From contig JAOAJD010000001.1 in NCBI GenBank assembly GCA_026414365.1, forward strand, positions 314,144 to 378,143: DNA of 64,000 bases, given 5' to 3'. Source of the DNA: Candidatus Iainarchaeum sp. (GTDB lineage Archaea; Iainarchaeota; Iainarchaeia; Iainarchaeales; SKW153). Position numbers and translations under genes: made by a program. The notes beneath the pieces were generated by a model, which ran no database searches, was not told the DNA's origin, and saw nothing but the letters and a program-made list of their open reading frames with translations. Of the stretch, positions 18,102-27,518 are shown piece after piece (position 1 is the stretch's first letter; every line of letters begins with the position of its first letter).

Positions 18102-18680
18102 TTAATCAAACAAATTAATTATACTTTTACATATAAAAAAACTATGTTTTTTCATTTCGTTCCTTTTTATGTTATTAACTACCAAATCACAATTTCTCAT
18201 TTTTTTGTTTTCTTCAATTAGATAACTCTCCCTTTTCATAAGTTCTTTTTTACTCATTTTTCTTACCCTATTTATTCTGATCTCTATAGGACAATAAACA
18301 AATATTACAATATCACAAATTTTGTCCAATCCAGACTCAAAAAGCAAAGGAGCGTCAATTATAAAAAATTTTTTGTTTTGCTTCATTATTTTTTTAATTT
18401 CTTTTTTTACTTCAGGATGGATAATTTTATTTATTTTGTTAACATTTTCATAATTCTTGAAGACAAGTTTTGCTAGTTTTTTTTTATTTATTGATCCATC
18501 TTTGTTTAGAACATTCTTAAAAACATTGACTACTTTTTTTCTAATTTTTTCCTTTTTGTAAATACTTTCCACTAGTTTATCACAATCTATTGTTTCGTTA
18601 TTAGTCAAATATTTACCAAGTTCTTTTGCAAAGCTTGTTTTGCCAGAAGCTATCTGGCCAGTTATTCCTATTACTATCAT
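18102..18680 (-). CDS. coaE: Dephospho-CoA kinase, bacterial type
   Basis: IGITGQIASGKT, IIHP, DAPLLFE. Confidence 0.9.
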   Translation of the reverse strand: MIVIGITGQIASGKTSFAKELGKYLTNNETIDCDKLVESIYKKEKIRKKVVNVFKNVLNKDGSINKKKLAKLVFKNYENVNKINKIIHPEVKKEIKKIMKQNKKFFIIDAPLLFESGLDKICDIVIFVYCPIEIRINRVRKMSKKELMKRESYLIEENKKMRNCDLVVNNIKRNEMKKHSFFICKSIINLFD

Positions 18681-18737
18681 AACTCTTATTAGAGCAACAA
18701 AAATTTAATAATAGTTTTAATATTCTTATCAATAAGT

Positions 18738-20129
18738 ATGTTTCCAGAACATGTTTTTAGAGAGTATGATATTAGGGGGATTGCTGAGCAAGAATTAACT
18801 AATGAATTCTGTTATAGTTTAGCAAGAGCTTTTTGTTCTTATCTGAAATTAAAAGGAAAGAGAGTTGTTGTTGGTAGAGATAATAGAATTTCGGGTAAGA
18901 GAATATCTAAATATTTCCTAAGAGGACTTTTAGATTCAGGATGCGATGTAATAAACATTAATATCACTCCAACGCCTGTGTTGTATTATTCTATATTTAA
19001 GTTCAATGCTGATGCAGGTGTAGAGATAAGCGCATCACATAATCCAAAAGAGTTTAATGGTTTTAAACTGTGCAGAGAAGAGGCAAAACCTGTCTATGGC
19101 GAAGAGATTCAACAGATAAAGCAAATAATGAAGGAAAAAAAATACGAAAGTTCAAATAAAAAAGGAAGAATATTTAATAAAGATGCTAATAAAATATACA
19201 TAACAGATCTTTCTAAAAGGTTTGAACTTAAGAGAAAAATAAGTTTGGTATTAGATTGTGGCAACGGTACTACTTCTTTTGTTGCTCCAAAATTGTTAAA
19301 AAAAATAGGTTGCAAGTTAAAATGTCTTTATTGTAAATCTGATGGCAATTTCCCAAATCATATCCCAGATCCAACAGTTCCTGAAGCTATGAATGATCTC
19401 ATAAAAGAAGTTAAAAATTCAAATTATGCTTTAGGTATAGGTTTAGATGGGGATGGTGATAGAATAGGGGCTGTTGATAATAAGGGCAATCTTATATATG
19501 GCGAGACACTACTTTTAGTTTTTGCTCGGGATTTGCTAAAAAGAAAAAAAAGTTCTATTGTTATATATGATACAAAATGCTCTAAGGCAGTTCATGACGT
19601 AATTGTTGAGTTAGGTGGTGTGCCTATTGAGTGGAAGTCAGGGCATTCCTTAATAAAGGCAAAGATGCGTGAACTGAATAGTCCTTTAGCAGGAGAGATG
19701 TCAGGACATATATATTTAAATGAGAATTATTATCCTTTTGATGACGCCATTTTTGCATCTTGCAAGTTAGTAGAGATCTTAAGCAAAGAAAAAAGAGACT
19801 TTTCAGATATTCTGTTGGATTTTCCAAAATATTATTCAAGTCCAGAAATCAGGGTTGATTGCCCAGATGATAAAAAGTTTATAGTTATTAATTCTATAAA
19901 GAAGGATGTGGGAAAAAAGTATAAAGTATCTGAGATAGACGGGGTTAAATTTTTTAATGAGAAAGGATGGGTTTTGTTTAGGGCCTCCAATACGCAACCA
20001 AAGATTATTATAAGATTCGAAGCATATTCTAAAGAAAATTATTATAAACTCTATAACGAAGTTTTGGGTATATTAAAAAAATATCCCGAAGTTAAGACAG
20101 GAAAAGATTTTAATTTGCTAGAACAATAG
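18738..20129 (+). CDS. Phosphomannomutase/phosphoglucomutase (AlgC-like)
   Basis: FREYDIRG, SASHNP, DGDGDR, GEMSGH, RASNTQP. Confidence 0.92.
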   Translation: MFPEHVFREYDIRGIAEQELTNEFCYSLARAFCSYLKLKGKRVVVGRDNRISGKRISKYFLRGLLDSGCDVININITPTPVLYYSIFKFNADAGVEISASHNPKEFNGFKLCREEAKPVYGEEIQQIKQIMKEKKYESSNKKGRIFNKDANKIYITDLSKRFELKRKISLVLDCGNGTTSFVAPKLLKKIGCKLKCLYCKSDGNFPNHIPDPTVPEAMNDLIKEVKNSNYALGIGLDGDGDRIGAVDNKGNLIYGETLLLVFARDLLKRKKSSIVIYDTKCSKAVHDVIVELGGVPIEWKSGHSLIKAKMRELNSPLAGEMSGHIYLNENYYPFDDAIFASCKLVEILSKEKRDFSDILLDFPKYYSSPEIRVDCPDDKKFIVINSIKKDVGKKYKVSEIDGVKFFNEKGWVLFRASNTQPKIIIRFEAYSKENYYKLYNEVLGILKKYPEVKTGKDFNLLEQ

Positions 20130-20137
20130 TTTTAAAG

Positions 20138-22591
20138 ATGAGAGGCAAAGAAAGAAAATTATTTTTTTTGATATTTATTGTTTTGTTATCTACAGATCTA
20201 TTTTCTTCTGAGTATGTTTTTTGGTTAAGAGGGAAAGATACTACTCTTTTTGTTGATGGTAATTATAATTATATGTTAACTTCAACCCCCCCCAATATGA
20301 GTTCTTCAAAAACTTTAATATCAACTATGTTTGATTTTCAGGGAGAACTTGGTAAGTGGTATTCATTAGCTTTTCCTTCTGACTATTTTATCGATGGAAA
20401 AATATGCTTGTGGGTCAAAAATTTCCCAAAGGACGTGAATCTTAGATTTTTTATCTATGACTTTTATAATAAAACTGTACTAATAGATAGTTCTGAATGG
20501 GGGTCAACCGAAAATGGTTTTTTGTGTTCAAATGGTACGAGATACCATCTAAATAAGGGTCATAGCTTAAAGCTTGTTTTAGAGTATAAAAAAAAGTCCA
20601 TAGACCAGTTAGATTTCTATCTAGATGAACCATCTTTGTCTTATACAAAAGAAATCTTTAAAACACCATCAAATAAAGAATATTTTCTTACTGGCGTAAA
20701 ATCTACTGCGGCGATAGTTTTTAGTGCATGTAGTCTGATTGCATGCAAATCTAACAAAGATTGCGATGATAATAATGGAGATACTGAAGACTTATGTGTT
20801 AATCAAAATAGTTGTGAATCTTATTGTTTGAACAAACAATGTGGTGTAAAATGCAAAAATGATTATGATTGTAATGATGGAAACACTTCTACTTTTGACA
20901 AATGTGAATTCCCAGGTAGTTGTTACTCCTATTGTATTAATGAAGCTTGTAATATAAAATGCAAAAATGATTATGATTGTAATGGTGGTTATTGTATCTA
21001 TCCAAATACCTGTTTTAGCAAGTGTATTTACAGTCAGTGTGATTCAGTTAGGCCCAGCGATGAAAAAAAATGTTTTAGTTATATATGTTTTAACAACATT
21101 TGGCAAGACAGAAGGATCTTAAATTGTTGCGGAAATGGATTATGCGAAGTCAATGAAGAAAATTGTGAAGACTGCTCGGATAATGATTTTAATATATTCT
21201 TAAATAATCCAAAACAAGGAGATTATTTCTCTAGTGGCAGCGACATTAATTTAGTAGTTTCTATAAAAAGAGGCAATAACTATATAGAAAATGCAAAAGT
21301 AAAAGCTTATATCAATAACAATTATTTTAATTTCATACAAAATGGAACTTTTTATACAACTAAATTTAAAATTCCAAGCTTTTACAACGGTACTCTGCCA
21401 ATTTTAATAGAGGCTGTTAAAGATAATCATAAAGCGAGAATAAATTTTAATCTAGTTATCATACCGATATTAAAAATGGTTTGTAATGTGAATAAAGAGA
21501 AATTTCGTGCTGATGAGATTTTATCTCTAACTTGTAAATCTGAAAATAAGATCACAGACATAAATTCAATAGTTAACGTTTATTGTAATAATGATATAGT
21601 AGAAGAAAAAATTTTTTTTAGTGATAATTTTGTTTTTTCATATTCTTTGAGAAGTTTGTTATCTTGTAAAGATGTTAAAATATTTGTTAATTCAGAAGAT
21701 AAATTTGGCAATAAATATATTTTTGAAAAGTTTTTGGAAATAGAAGAGCCAGTTTCTTATAAAGATTTGAGAATTGTTGTTAGTGGGTTAGAAGATGATT
21801 TAAACAAAGGAGAGAATTTGGATATAAAAGTGAAAGTATATAATGAAAACATTTTGGTTAAAAATGCAGATGTTTTTTTATTTTTTAATTCTAAAAACTA
21901 TAACTTAGATAAAGATAATAATGGCAATTATTTTATTAGTTTAAAGATACCTTACGATATTCGAAGCTTAGAAAAAGCTGAGATCATCTCGTATTTTTCT
22001 GATGAGAACACTAACTACTTTGGTAGGTTTACTAAGAATTTAAAAATAGCAGATGGTTTAATAAACATATGGCCAATAGAAGAAGGATTGTCTAATGATA
22101 GAGTAAACTTTGTCTTTTCTTTTTCTTACCCTGATAACATAATTCCTGAAAATCCAAAAATAAATGTTTTGATCAATAATGAAAATAAAGAGTTTTCGTT
22201 AATTGGTAAAAATATTATAAAGTTATCTGAAAAGTGCACAAGTGATTGTAATATTATTCTTAATATAACAATAGAAGATTCTTTTGGCAACAAAGGCAAT
22301 TTTGAAAAACAATACTTTTTTAATCAAAAACAAACCCGCATTGCTAATTTATTAACTTTAATATTGTTTTTTTTATTCATATTATCTTTGTATATTTACT
22401 ATTACAAGAGGCAAAAATTAACTGAGCAAAAAAAAGAGTTAATAAAGAAAATAACCAATCTACAAAAAAGTTATTTTGTGGATGGCCTCTTAAGTAAAGA
22501 AAAATACTATAAATTGTTGAATGATTATAAAGCAGAACTAAAAAACTTGAAAGACAAGTTAGGTGATTACAGTTATGAGAAAGACCTTTAG
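20138..22591 (+). CDS. Large secreted surface protein: signal peptide, Cys-rich repeats, Ig-like domains, C-terminal TM and cytoplasmic SHOCT-like tail
   Basis: N-terminal signal; three CKxxxDC repeats and CCGNGLCE; TM LLTLILFFLFILSLYIYYY; tail LQKSYFVDGLLSKEKY. Confidence 0.75.
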   Translation: MRGKERKLFFLIFIVLLSTDLFSSEYVFWLRGKDTTLFVDGNYNYMLTSTPPNMSSSKTLISTMFDFQGELGKWYSLAFPSDYFIDGKICLWVKNFPKDVNLRFFIYDFYNKTVLIDSSEWGSTENGFLCSNGTRYHLNKGHSLKLVLEYKKKSIDQLDFYLDEPSLSYTKEIFKTPSNKEYFLTGVKSTAAIVFSACSLIACKSNKDCDDNNGDTEDLCVNQNSCESYCLNKQCGVKCKNDYDCNDGNTSTFDKCEFPGSCYSYCINEACNIKCKNDYDCNGGYCIYPNTCFSKCIYSQCDSVRPSDEKKCFSYICFNNIWQDRRILNCCGNGLCEVNEENCEDCSDNDFNIFLNNPKQGDYFSSGSDINLVVSIKRGNNYIENAKVKAYINNNYFNFIQNGTFYTTKFKIPSFYNGTLPILIEAVKDNHKARINFNLVIIPILKMVCNVNKEKFRADEILSLTCKSENKITDINSIVNVYCNNDIVEEKIFFSDNFVFSYSLRSLLSCKDVKIFVNSEDKFGNKYIFEKFLEIEEPVSYKDLRIVVSGLEDDLNKGENLDIKVKVYNENILVKNADVFLFFNSKNYNLDKDNNGNYFISLKIPYDIRSLEKAEIISYFSDENTNYFGRFTKNLKIADGLINIWPIEEGLSNDRVNFVFSFSYPDNIIPENPKINVLINNENKEFSLIGKNIIKLSEKCTSDCNIILNITIEDSFGNKGNFEKQYFFNQKQTRIANLLTLILFFLFILSLYIYYYKRQKLTEQKKELIKKITNLQKSYFVDGLLSKEKYYKLLNDYKAELKNLKDKLGDYSYEKDL
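20847..20984 (+). repeat. Exact 30-bp direct repeat (20847-20876 and 20955-20984) encoding KCKNDYDCN
   Basis: TAAAATGCAAAAATGATTATGATTGTAATG occurs twice, 108 bp apart. Confidence 0.85.
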
Positions 22592-23777
22592 TTTATTTTT
22601 ATTTTTTATATTGTGCACTAATCTTTTTTCTCTTAGTTTAGATACATATAAGGGCGAATATTCGAAAGGTGAAGTGCTTAAATTGTCTGGTGCTTGTGAT
22701 GATAATAGTCCGATAGAGATAATAGTAAGTGTATACGATATAATCATTATTAACGAGCTTATAGATTGTCATAATAACAGTTTTAACTATGAAAAAAGAA
22801 TTTCTTTTTTATATCCTCATGGTGATTGGGAAATCACAATACAATCAAAAAAATCGAAGGTTAAATCAAAAATAAAAGTTTTGCCATCAAGAGAGTCGTC
22901 TTACTATGTTATTACTTTTCTAAGTCCTATATTAGGCAGTTACTCTAGAGAATCTTCTTTGAAAGTTACAGTAAAAGTAACTAATGCTGGAAGAAATGTG
23001 GATGATGCTAATGTTATTTTGTGGTTTTTTGAACCAATAGAGCTCTTAAATAAGGGAGATGGTATATACAGTAGAGATATAAATCTCAGATTTAATGAAA
23101 GATTAGGAAATAAGAAACTCATAGTTACTGCTGAATCTAAAAAGAACAATTTTTATTTTGGAGGGGAAGACTCAATAGACATAAATATAGAAAAAGCAAA
23201 AATAAATATTGAGCTGCTAGAACCTAAAGAAAAATTTTTTGAGTTAACAGATAAAATATATTTTCTTGTTTCCGTAAGTTATGAAAGTGGAAACTTCTTA
23301 GACAATAATTCTTTTGTAATCATAACTTTTTCAGACAGCAATTTTTTTATGAAAAGAACAAGTAATAATCTTTTTGAATTTTCTATGAGTATTTCAAAGT
23401 CAGGAAATTTTCCCTTTTCTATTCTTGTATATGATAGTGCTGGTAACAATAGCTATTTATCTTCAAATTTGCATCTGAGTTGTTCTATATTATGTCTGAT
23501 TAAAATTTATGGGGCATATATAATTTCTATTATCTTAATTATTTTCATATTATTTTATCTTTTTTATGAGAGAATAAGCATACATATAGAAGAGAAGCTT
23601 TTAGAAGAAGAAAAAAAGAGAATAAATAAATTAGTCGAAGAACTTCAAAAAGAATATTTTGTTAGAGCAGTGATGCCTTATTCAACATACAATAAGACAC
23701 TTGCAGAGTATAAGTCAAAACTGGCCGTCATTGAAGAAAAAGAAAGAATTTTAAAAAAAAGGAGAGATAATCTATGA
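22575..23777 (+). CDS. Secreted Ig-like surface protein with C-terminal TM and SHOCT-like tail (paralogous to the C-terminal half of the upstream gene)
   Basis: AGGTGA SD and ATG 22575; signal peptide; VTNAGRNVDDANV resembles VYNENILVKNADV; tail LQKEYFVRAVMPYSTY. Confidence 0.75.
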   Translation: MRKTFSLFLFFILCTNLFSLSLDTYKGEYSKGEVLKLSGACDDNSPIEIIVSVYDIIIINELIDCHNNSFNYEKRISFLYPHGDWEITIQSKKSKVKSKIKVLPSRESSYYVITFLSPILGSYSRESSLKVTVKVTNAGRNVDDANVILWFFEPIELLNKGDGIYSRDINLRFNERLGNKKLIVTAESKKNNFYFGGEDSIDINIEKAKINIELLEPKEKFFELTDKIYFLVSVSYESGNFLDNNSFVIITFSDSNFFMKRTSNNLFEFSMSISKSGNFPFSILVYDSAGNNSYLSSNLHLSCSILCLIKIYGAYIISIILIIFILFYLFYERISIHIEEKLLEEEKKRINKLVEELQKEYFVRAVMPYSTYNKTLAEYKSKLAVIEEKERILKKRRDNL

Positions 23778-24376
23778 CAATGCAGAGTTCTAAAGAGACT
23801 TTAAAACATAAAAAAACAATATTGATATTTTTACCAGACAAAGAATACTTAAAATCAATAACATCCTTAGTTTCAGACTTTGCAAAGACAAAAAAAAATT
23901 TATGTTATATATCTTTGAATCAATCTTCACAAGATTTGTTAGATATTTTTAAGGAAAATTCAGTAGATTGTTCAAAAATATATTTCGTGGATGCAATAAG
24001 TAAAACTACTAATACAAACATTAAAAATGATGAAAAAACAATATTTGTTAGTTCACCAGAATCTTTGGTTGAGCTGAGCATTTCTATAAATGAAGCTATG
24101 AATAAGTTTAATTCAGAAATAGTGATTTTTGATTCTATATCAACTTTGTTAATTTATGAAAAAGAATCTACTGTTAGCAAGTTTATTCATTCTTTAGTTG
24201 GTAAGATAAAGCACAAAGGAGCAAATTGTGTGTTGACAGTATTAGAAGCAGATTCAAAAAATTCAGCTGTTAAAGATATTTGCCTTTTTGTAGATGAAGT
24301 TCTAACATTTTCCGAATACTCTATGAAGAGCTTAGGCATTATTACAAATTCTGATTTTAAAGAAATGAGTATTTAG
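23774..24376 (+). CDS. Inactivated KaiC/RecA-like protein (DUF835-like), no Walker A
   Basis: YFVDAIS, SSPESLVELS, IVIFDSISTLLIY; coupled to the upstream gene (ATGA overlap). Confidence 0.7.
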   Translation: MTMQSSKETLKHKKTILIFLPDKEYLKSITSLVSDFAKTKKNLCYISLNQSSQDLLDIFKENSVDCSKIYFVDAISKTTNTNIKNDEKTIFVSSPESLVELSISINEAMNKFNSEIVIFDSISTLLIYEKESTVSKFIHSLVGKIKHKGANCVLTVLEADSKNSAVKDICLFVDEVLTFSEYSMKSLGIITNSDFKEMSI

Positions 24377-24436
24377 CAAATTTATCTGCCTTTTCCAAAA
24401 CACCATACCTTAAGATTAAGTAAACTTCTCAGTTTT

Positions 24437-25417
24437 TTATTCTGAAAACATTTCTTCATCTATGAATATTTCAACCCCATTTTGTGTTATTTTATAAGGA
24501 ACTATTCTTTTTTCGTGATTTGAACTTCTCAACTTTAGGATTTCTAAGGCTTTTTGTCTTACATTATGCATTTTTATATTATAAAATACGACTACACCAT
24601 CTGCCAAAAATTCCTCTATTCCACTTCTACTGTATATTCCAGGTTCTTGTTCGGTCTCTCCTAAGACAATATTTACTGAATTGTAAGATTCTAAACTCTC
24701 AAATAAACTTCTTAGGTATTGCCTGTATGCCTGTTCGTTTTCCATAAATGCTATTGAAAGTGCTGAAAGTGAATCTATTACTACTCTGTCTGGCTTGAAA
24801 GGTAGATTTAATTTAAATGGCAGTTCGAACTCTTTTATATCTATATATAATCCTCCTCTTTCTTTCGTTAGCATAGCTTCTACAGCTCTTGCTATAGTTA
24901 AAGGGTCTATTTTTATTATTGCTAACTTTCCTTCTCTTTCTAAAGCTTCTAAATCCCAACCAAAATTCTGTAAATGATTTTCCTTCATTTTTTCAGGTGA
25001 TTCTTCTAGTGTTATATAAACACCTTTCTCATTGTTTAAAGCGCCATAGTATAAACTTTGCATACTAAAAGTAGTTTTTCCAGTACCACATCCACCAGAT
25101 AGCAAAATAGTATCTCCTCTTTTTAAACCACCATTAGTAATCAACTTATCGAAGTTACTAACTCGTGTGGGTAGTACCTCTCTAAATTTTATAGTTTTTT
25201 GTTCAATATTACCTGGTTCCTTTTTTTCAAACAGTTTTGTTTCTTTATCAACCAGATCATCTTTGTATCTCTCTTTTGCCTCTTTAATAACTTCTTTTGT
25301 CTCTTCTTTAGTTAATCCAACGTCAGAAAGCATATTTTCTATTTCTCTTTCTTCTTTTTTTTCGCCAAACAGTCTCATTACTGCATCTATAATTCTCGGT
25401 CTGTTTTTTATTACCAT
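24437..25417 (-). CDS. KaiC/RAD55-like ATPase with N-terminal extension
   Basis: SGGCGTGKT, YITLEE, VVIDSLS, GIEEFLADGVV, ILKLRSSNH. Confidence 0.9.
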   Translation of the reverse strand: MVIKNRPRIIDAVMRLFGEKKEEREIENMLSDVGLTKEETKEVIKEAKERYKDDLVDKETKLFEKKEPGNIEQKTIKFREVLPTRVSNFDKLITNGGLKRGDTILLSGGCGTGKTTFSMQSLYYGALNNEKGVYITLEESPEKMKENHLQNFGWDLEALEREGKLAIIKIDPLTIARAVEAMLTKERGGLYIDIKEFELPFKLNLPFKPDRVVIDSLSALSIAFMENEQAYRQYLRSLFESLESYNSVNIVLGETEQEPGIYSRSGIEEFLADGVVVFYNIKMHNVRQKALEILKLRSSNHEKRIVPYKITQNGVEIFIDEEMFSE

Positions 25418-25471
25418 CTTATTTTATAAATTGCCAAAAGTATTTATTTTTTTTGCATATACTCCGTTATT

Positions 25472-26077
25472 ATGAAAACATATACTTTGCCTAAGCTAAA
25501 CTATTCTTATAAGGATTTGGAACCTTTTATCTCAGAGCAGCAGTTAATGTTGCATCATTCTAAGCATCATGCTGCATATGTTAATAATGCAAACAATTTG
25601 TTAACAAAACTTCGCGAAGCAAGAGAAAATAGTTCAGACTTGGATATGAAAGCGATTCTTAAAGAATTATCCTTCAACATTGGTGGCCACGTATTACATT
25701 CTATTTTTTGGGATAGCATGTGCCCAAATAAAGAAGGAAAAGAGCAGAAACCATACGATTTGATTGAAAATGCAATTTTGAAAGTTTTTAAAAATTACGA
25801 TAGGTTCAAATCAGAGTTTTCGAAAACAGCTCTCTCTGTTGAGGGCTCTGGTTGGGCAGCATTGTGTTTTTGCCCTATAACACAAGAACTTTTTGTAGCT
25901 CAGATTGAAAAACATAGTGTAAATTTATATCCTTCTTTTGATATATTAATGGTTTTAGATGTTTGGGAACATGCTTATTATTTAGATTACAAAAACAACA
26001 GAGCCAGCTTCATAGATAATTTTTGGAAGATAGTTAATTGGGAAGAAATTAATAAAAAATATTCTGAATTAGTCTAA
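25472..26077 (+). CDS. sod: Fe/Mn superoxide dismutase
   Basis: HHSKHHAAYV, FNIGGHVLHSIFW, GSGW, LDVWEHAYY. Confidence 0.95.
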   Translation: MKTYTLPKLNYSYKDLEPFISEQQLMLHHSKHHAAYVNNANNLLTKLREARENSSDLDMKAILKELSFNIGGHVLHSIFWDSMCPNKEGKEQKPYDLIENAILKVFKNYDRFKSEFSKTALSVEGSGWAALCFCPITQELFVAQIEKHSVNLYPSFDILMVLDVWEHAYYLDYKNNRASFIDNFWKIVNWEEINKKYSELV

Positions 26078-26149
26078 AGTTCTATTTGTTATGTCAGCTC
26101 TAGTTTAAAACATATTATTAAAAAATAAAAACCAAATCTTTATTGTTAT

Positions 26150-26860
26150 ATGTTGCAAGAAAAACGAAAAAACGGAGAGAGAACTCTAACAGGAATTCCT
26201 GGGTTAGATGAATTACTTGGTGGTGGAATTCCAAAAGGAAATTTAGTAGTTTTAAGCGGCGATCCAGGTAGTGGTAAAACTGTTTTTTGTTGGCAGTTTT
26301 TACATTATGGAGCGACAAAGTTTAACGAAAATGGTCTTTATGTTAGTTTAGAAGAGAGCGAAGAGGTTATTATAGATGGAGCACTTAAGTTTGGTTGGGA
26401 TTTTAGAGAATTAATCTCTGAAGGAAAGCTGAAAATTTTAACTATAGAACTTTATGATTTTGAAAGATTGAAGAATGCAGTAGAAGATAATATAAAGGCA
26501 GTAGATGCAAAGAGAGTTGTTATAGACCCAGGAGTAATATTTAGATTATTTTTTGAGAGAGAGTTAGATGCTAGAAAAAGGATACTCTCTTTAGGTAAAA
26601 TGCTAAAAAAAATGGGTTGTACATCAATAATAACCAACGAAATATCTTTAGATAATATGACTTCTTTGTATGGACTTGAAGAATATGTTGCAGATGGTGT
26701 TATCTTACTTTATCATACAAAAATAAAAGATCATTTTATAAGAAGTATTGGGATATTAAAGATGCGAAATACAGAAATATCTGAGAAGCTTAAACCCATA
26801 AAAATAACAGATAATGGTATTGTTGTGTTAAATAAATCTGAACTTTTTGACGAGCTCTAA
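26150..26860 (+). CDS. KaiC/RAD55-like ATPase
   Basis: TGIPGLDELLGGGIP, SGDPGSGKT, VSLEE, GLEEYVADGVI, ILKMRNT. Confidence 0.9.
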   Translation: MLQEKRKNGERTLTGIPGLDELLGGGIPKGNLVVLSGDPGSGKTVFCWQFLHYGATKFNENGLYVSLEESEEVIIDGALKFGWDFRELISEGKLKILTIELYDFERLKNAVEDNIKAVDAKRVVIDPGVIFRLFFERELDARKRILSLGKMLKKMGCTSIITNEISLDNMTSLYGLEEYVADGVILLYHTKIKDHFIRSIGILKMRNTEISEKLKPIKITDNGIVVLNKSELFDEL

Positions 26861-26869
26861 GATTTCAAG

Positions 26870-27511
26870 GTGGGATTTTTGGGCAAAAGTATAAAAGAGA
26901 CAGATAAAACAAATCAAAAAATAATAATTGAAGAACTTTCTGAATTGATTTCAAAAGAAAAGCGGGCTCAATTATTATTAGATAAAGAATTAGATTACAA
27001 AGCAAACAATTATTCTGTGCTTATATTAACCGAACCAGAAGATTATTCTTTAGTAAGAAACGGATTATTAAAAAAATTTTCTGGTTATAATTTATTGTAT
27101 GTTTTATCTACTTTCCCATTTTGTATTTTAGAACAAGAGTTAGTTAGACATAAAGTAGATTACTCAAAATTTTTGTTTTTGGATTTAATCTCCAAAACAA
27201 CTAATTCAAATATAATAAAAAAAGATAATATATTTTATTTAGATTCTCCTTCGGATCTAACAGAACTTTCTATGAAAATTGAGGATCATGTAAAGCAAAA
27301 TATAATAATAATTTTAGATTCTGTTTCAGCTTTATTAATTTATAATGATTCTAAATCAGTAGAAAAACTGGTTCATTTTATCGTTGGCAAATCAGCTGCA
27401 ATTAATGCAAAGTTTGTTATGCTTATGTCAAAGTCGCCAGAATATAAAGGTGTAATTGATGTCATAAGTCAATTCTGTAATAAAGTCTGCAAAATTGAAA
27501 AAATTGTTTGA
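26870..27511 (+). CDS. Inactivated KaiC/RecA-like protein (DUF835-like), paralog of 23774-24376
   Basis: FLDLISK, LDSPSDLTELS, IILDSVSALLIY; no P-loop. Confidence 0.7.
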   Translation: MGFLGKSIKETDKTNQKIIIEELSELISKEKRAQLLLDKELDYKANNYSVLILTEPEDYSLVRNGLLKKFSGYNLLYVLSTFPFCILEQELVRHKVDYSKFLFLDLISKTTNSNIIKKDNIFYLDSPSDLTELSMKIEDHVKQNIIIILDSVSALLIYNDSKSVEKLVHFIVGKSAAINAKFVMLMSKSPEYKGVIDVISQFCNKVCKIEKIV

Positions 27512-27518
27512 ATAAATA

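Noticed and set aside
24437-26860. Circadian KaiABC clock
   Set aside because: The ATPases are single-domain and lack the CII phosphosites, and no kaiA or kaiB is in the window.
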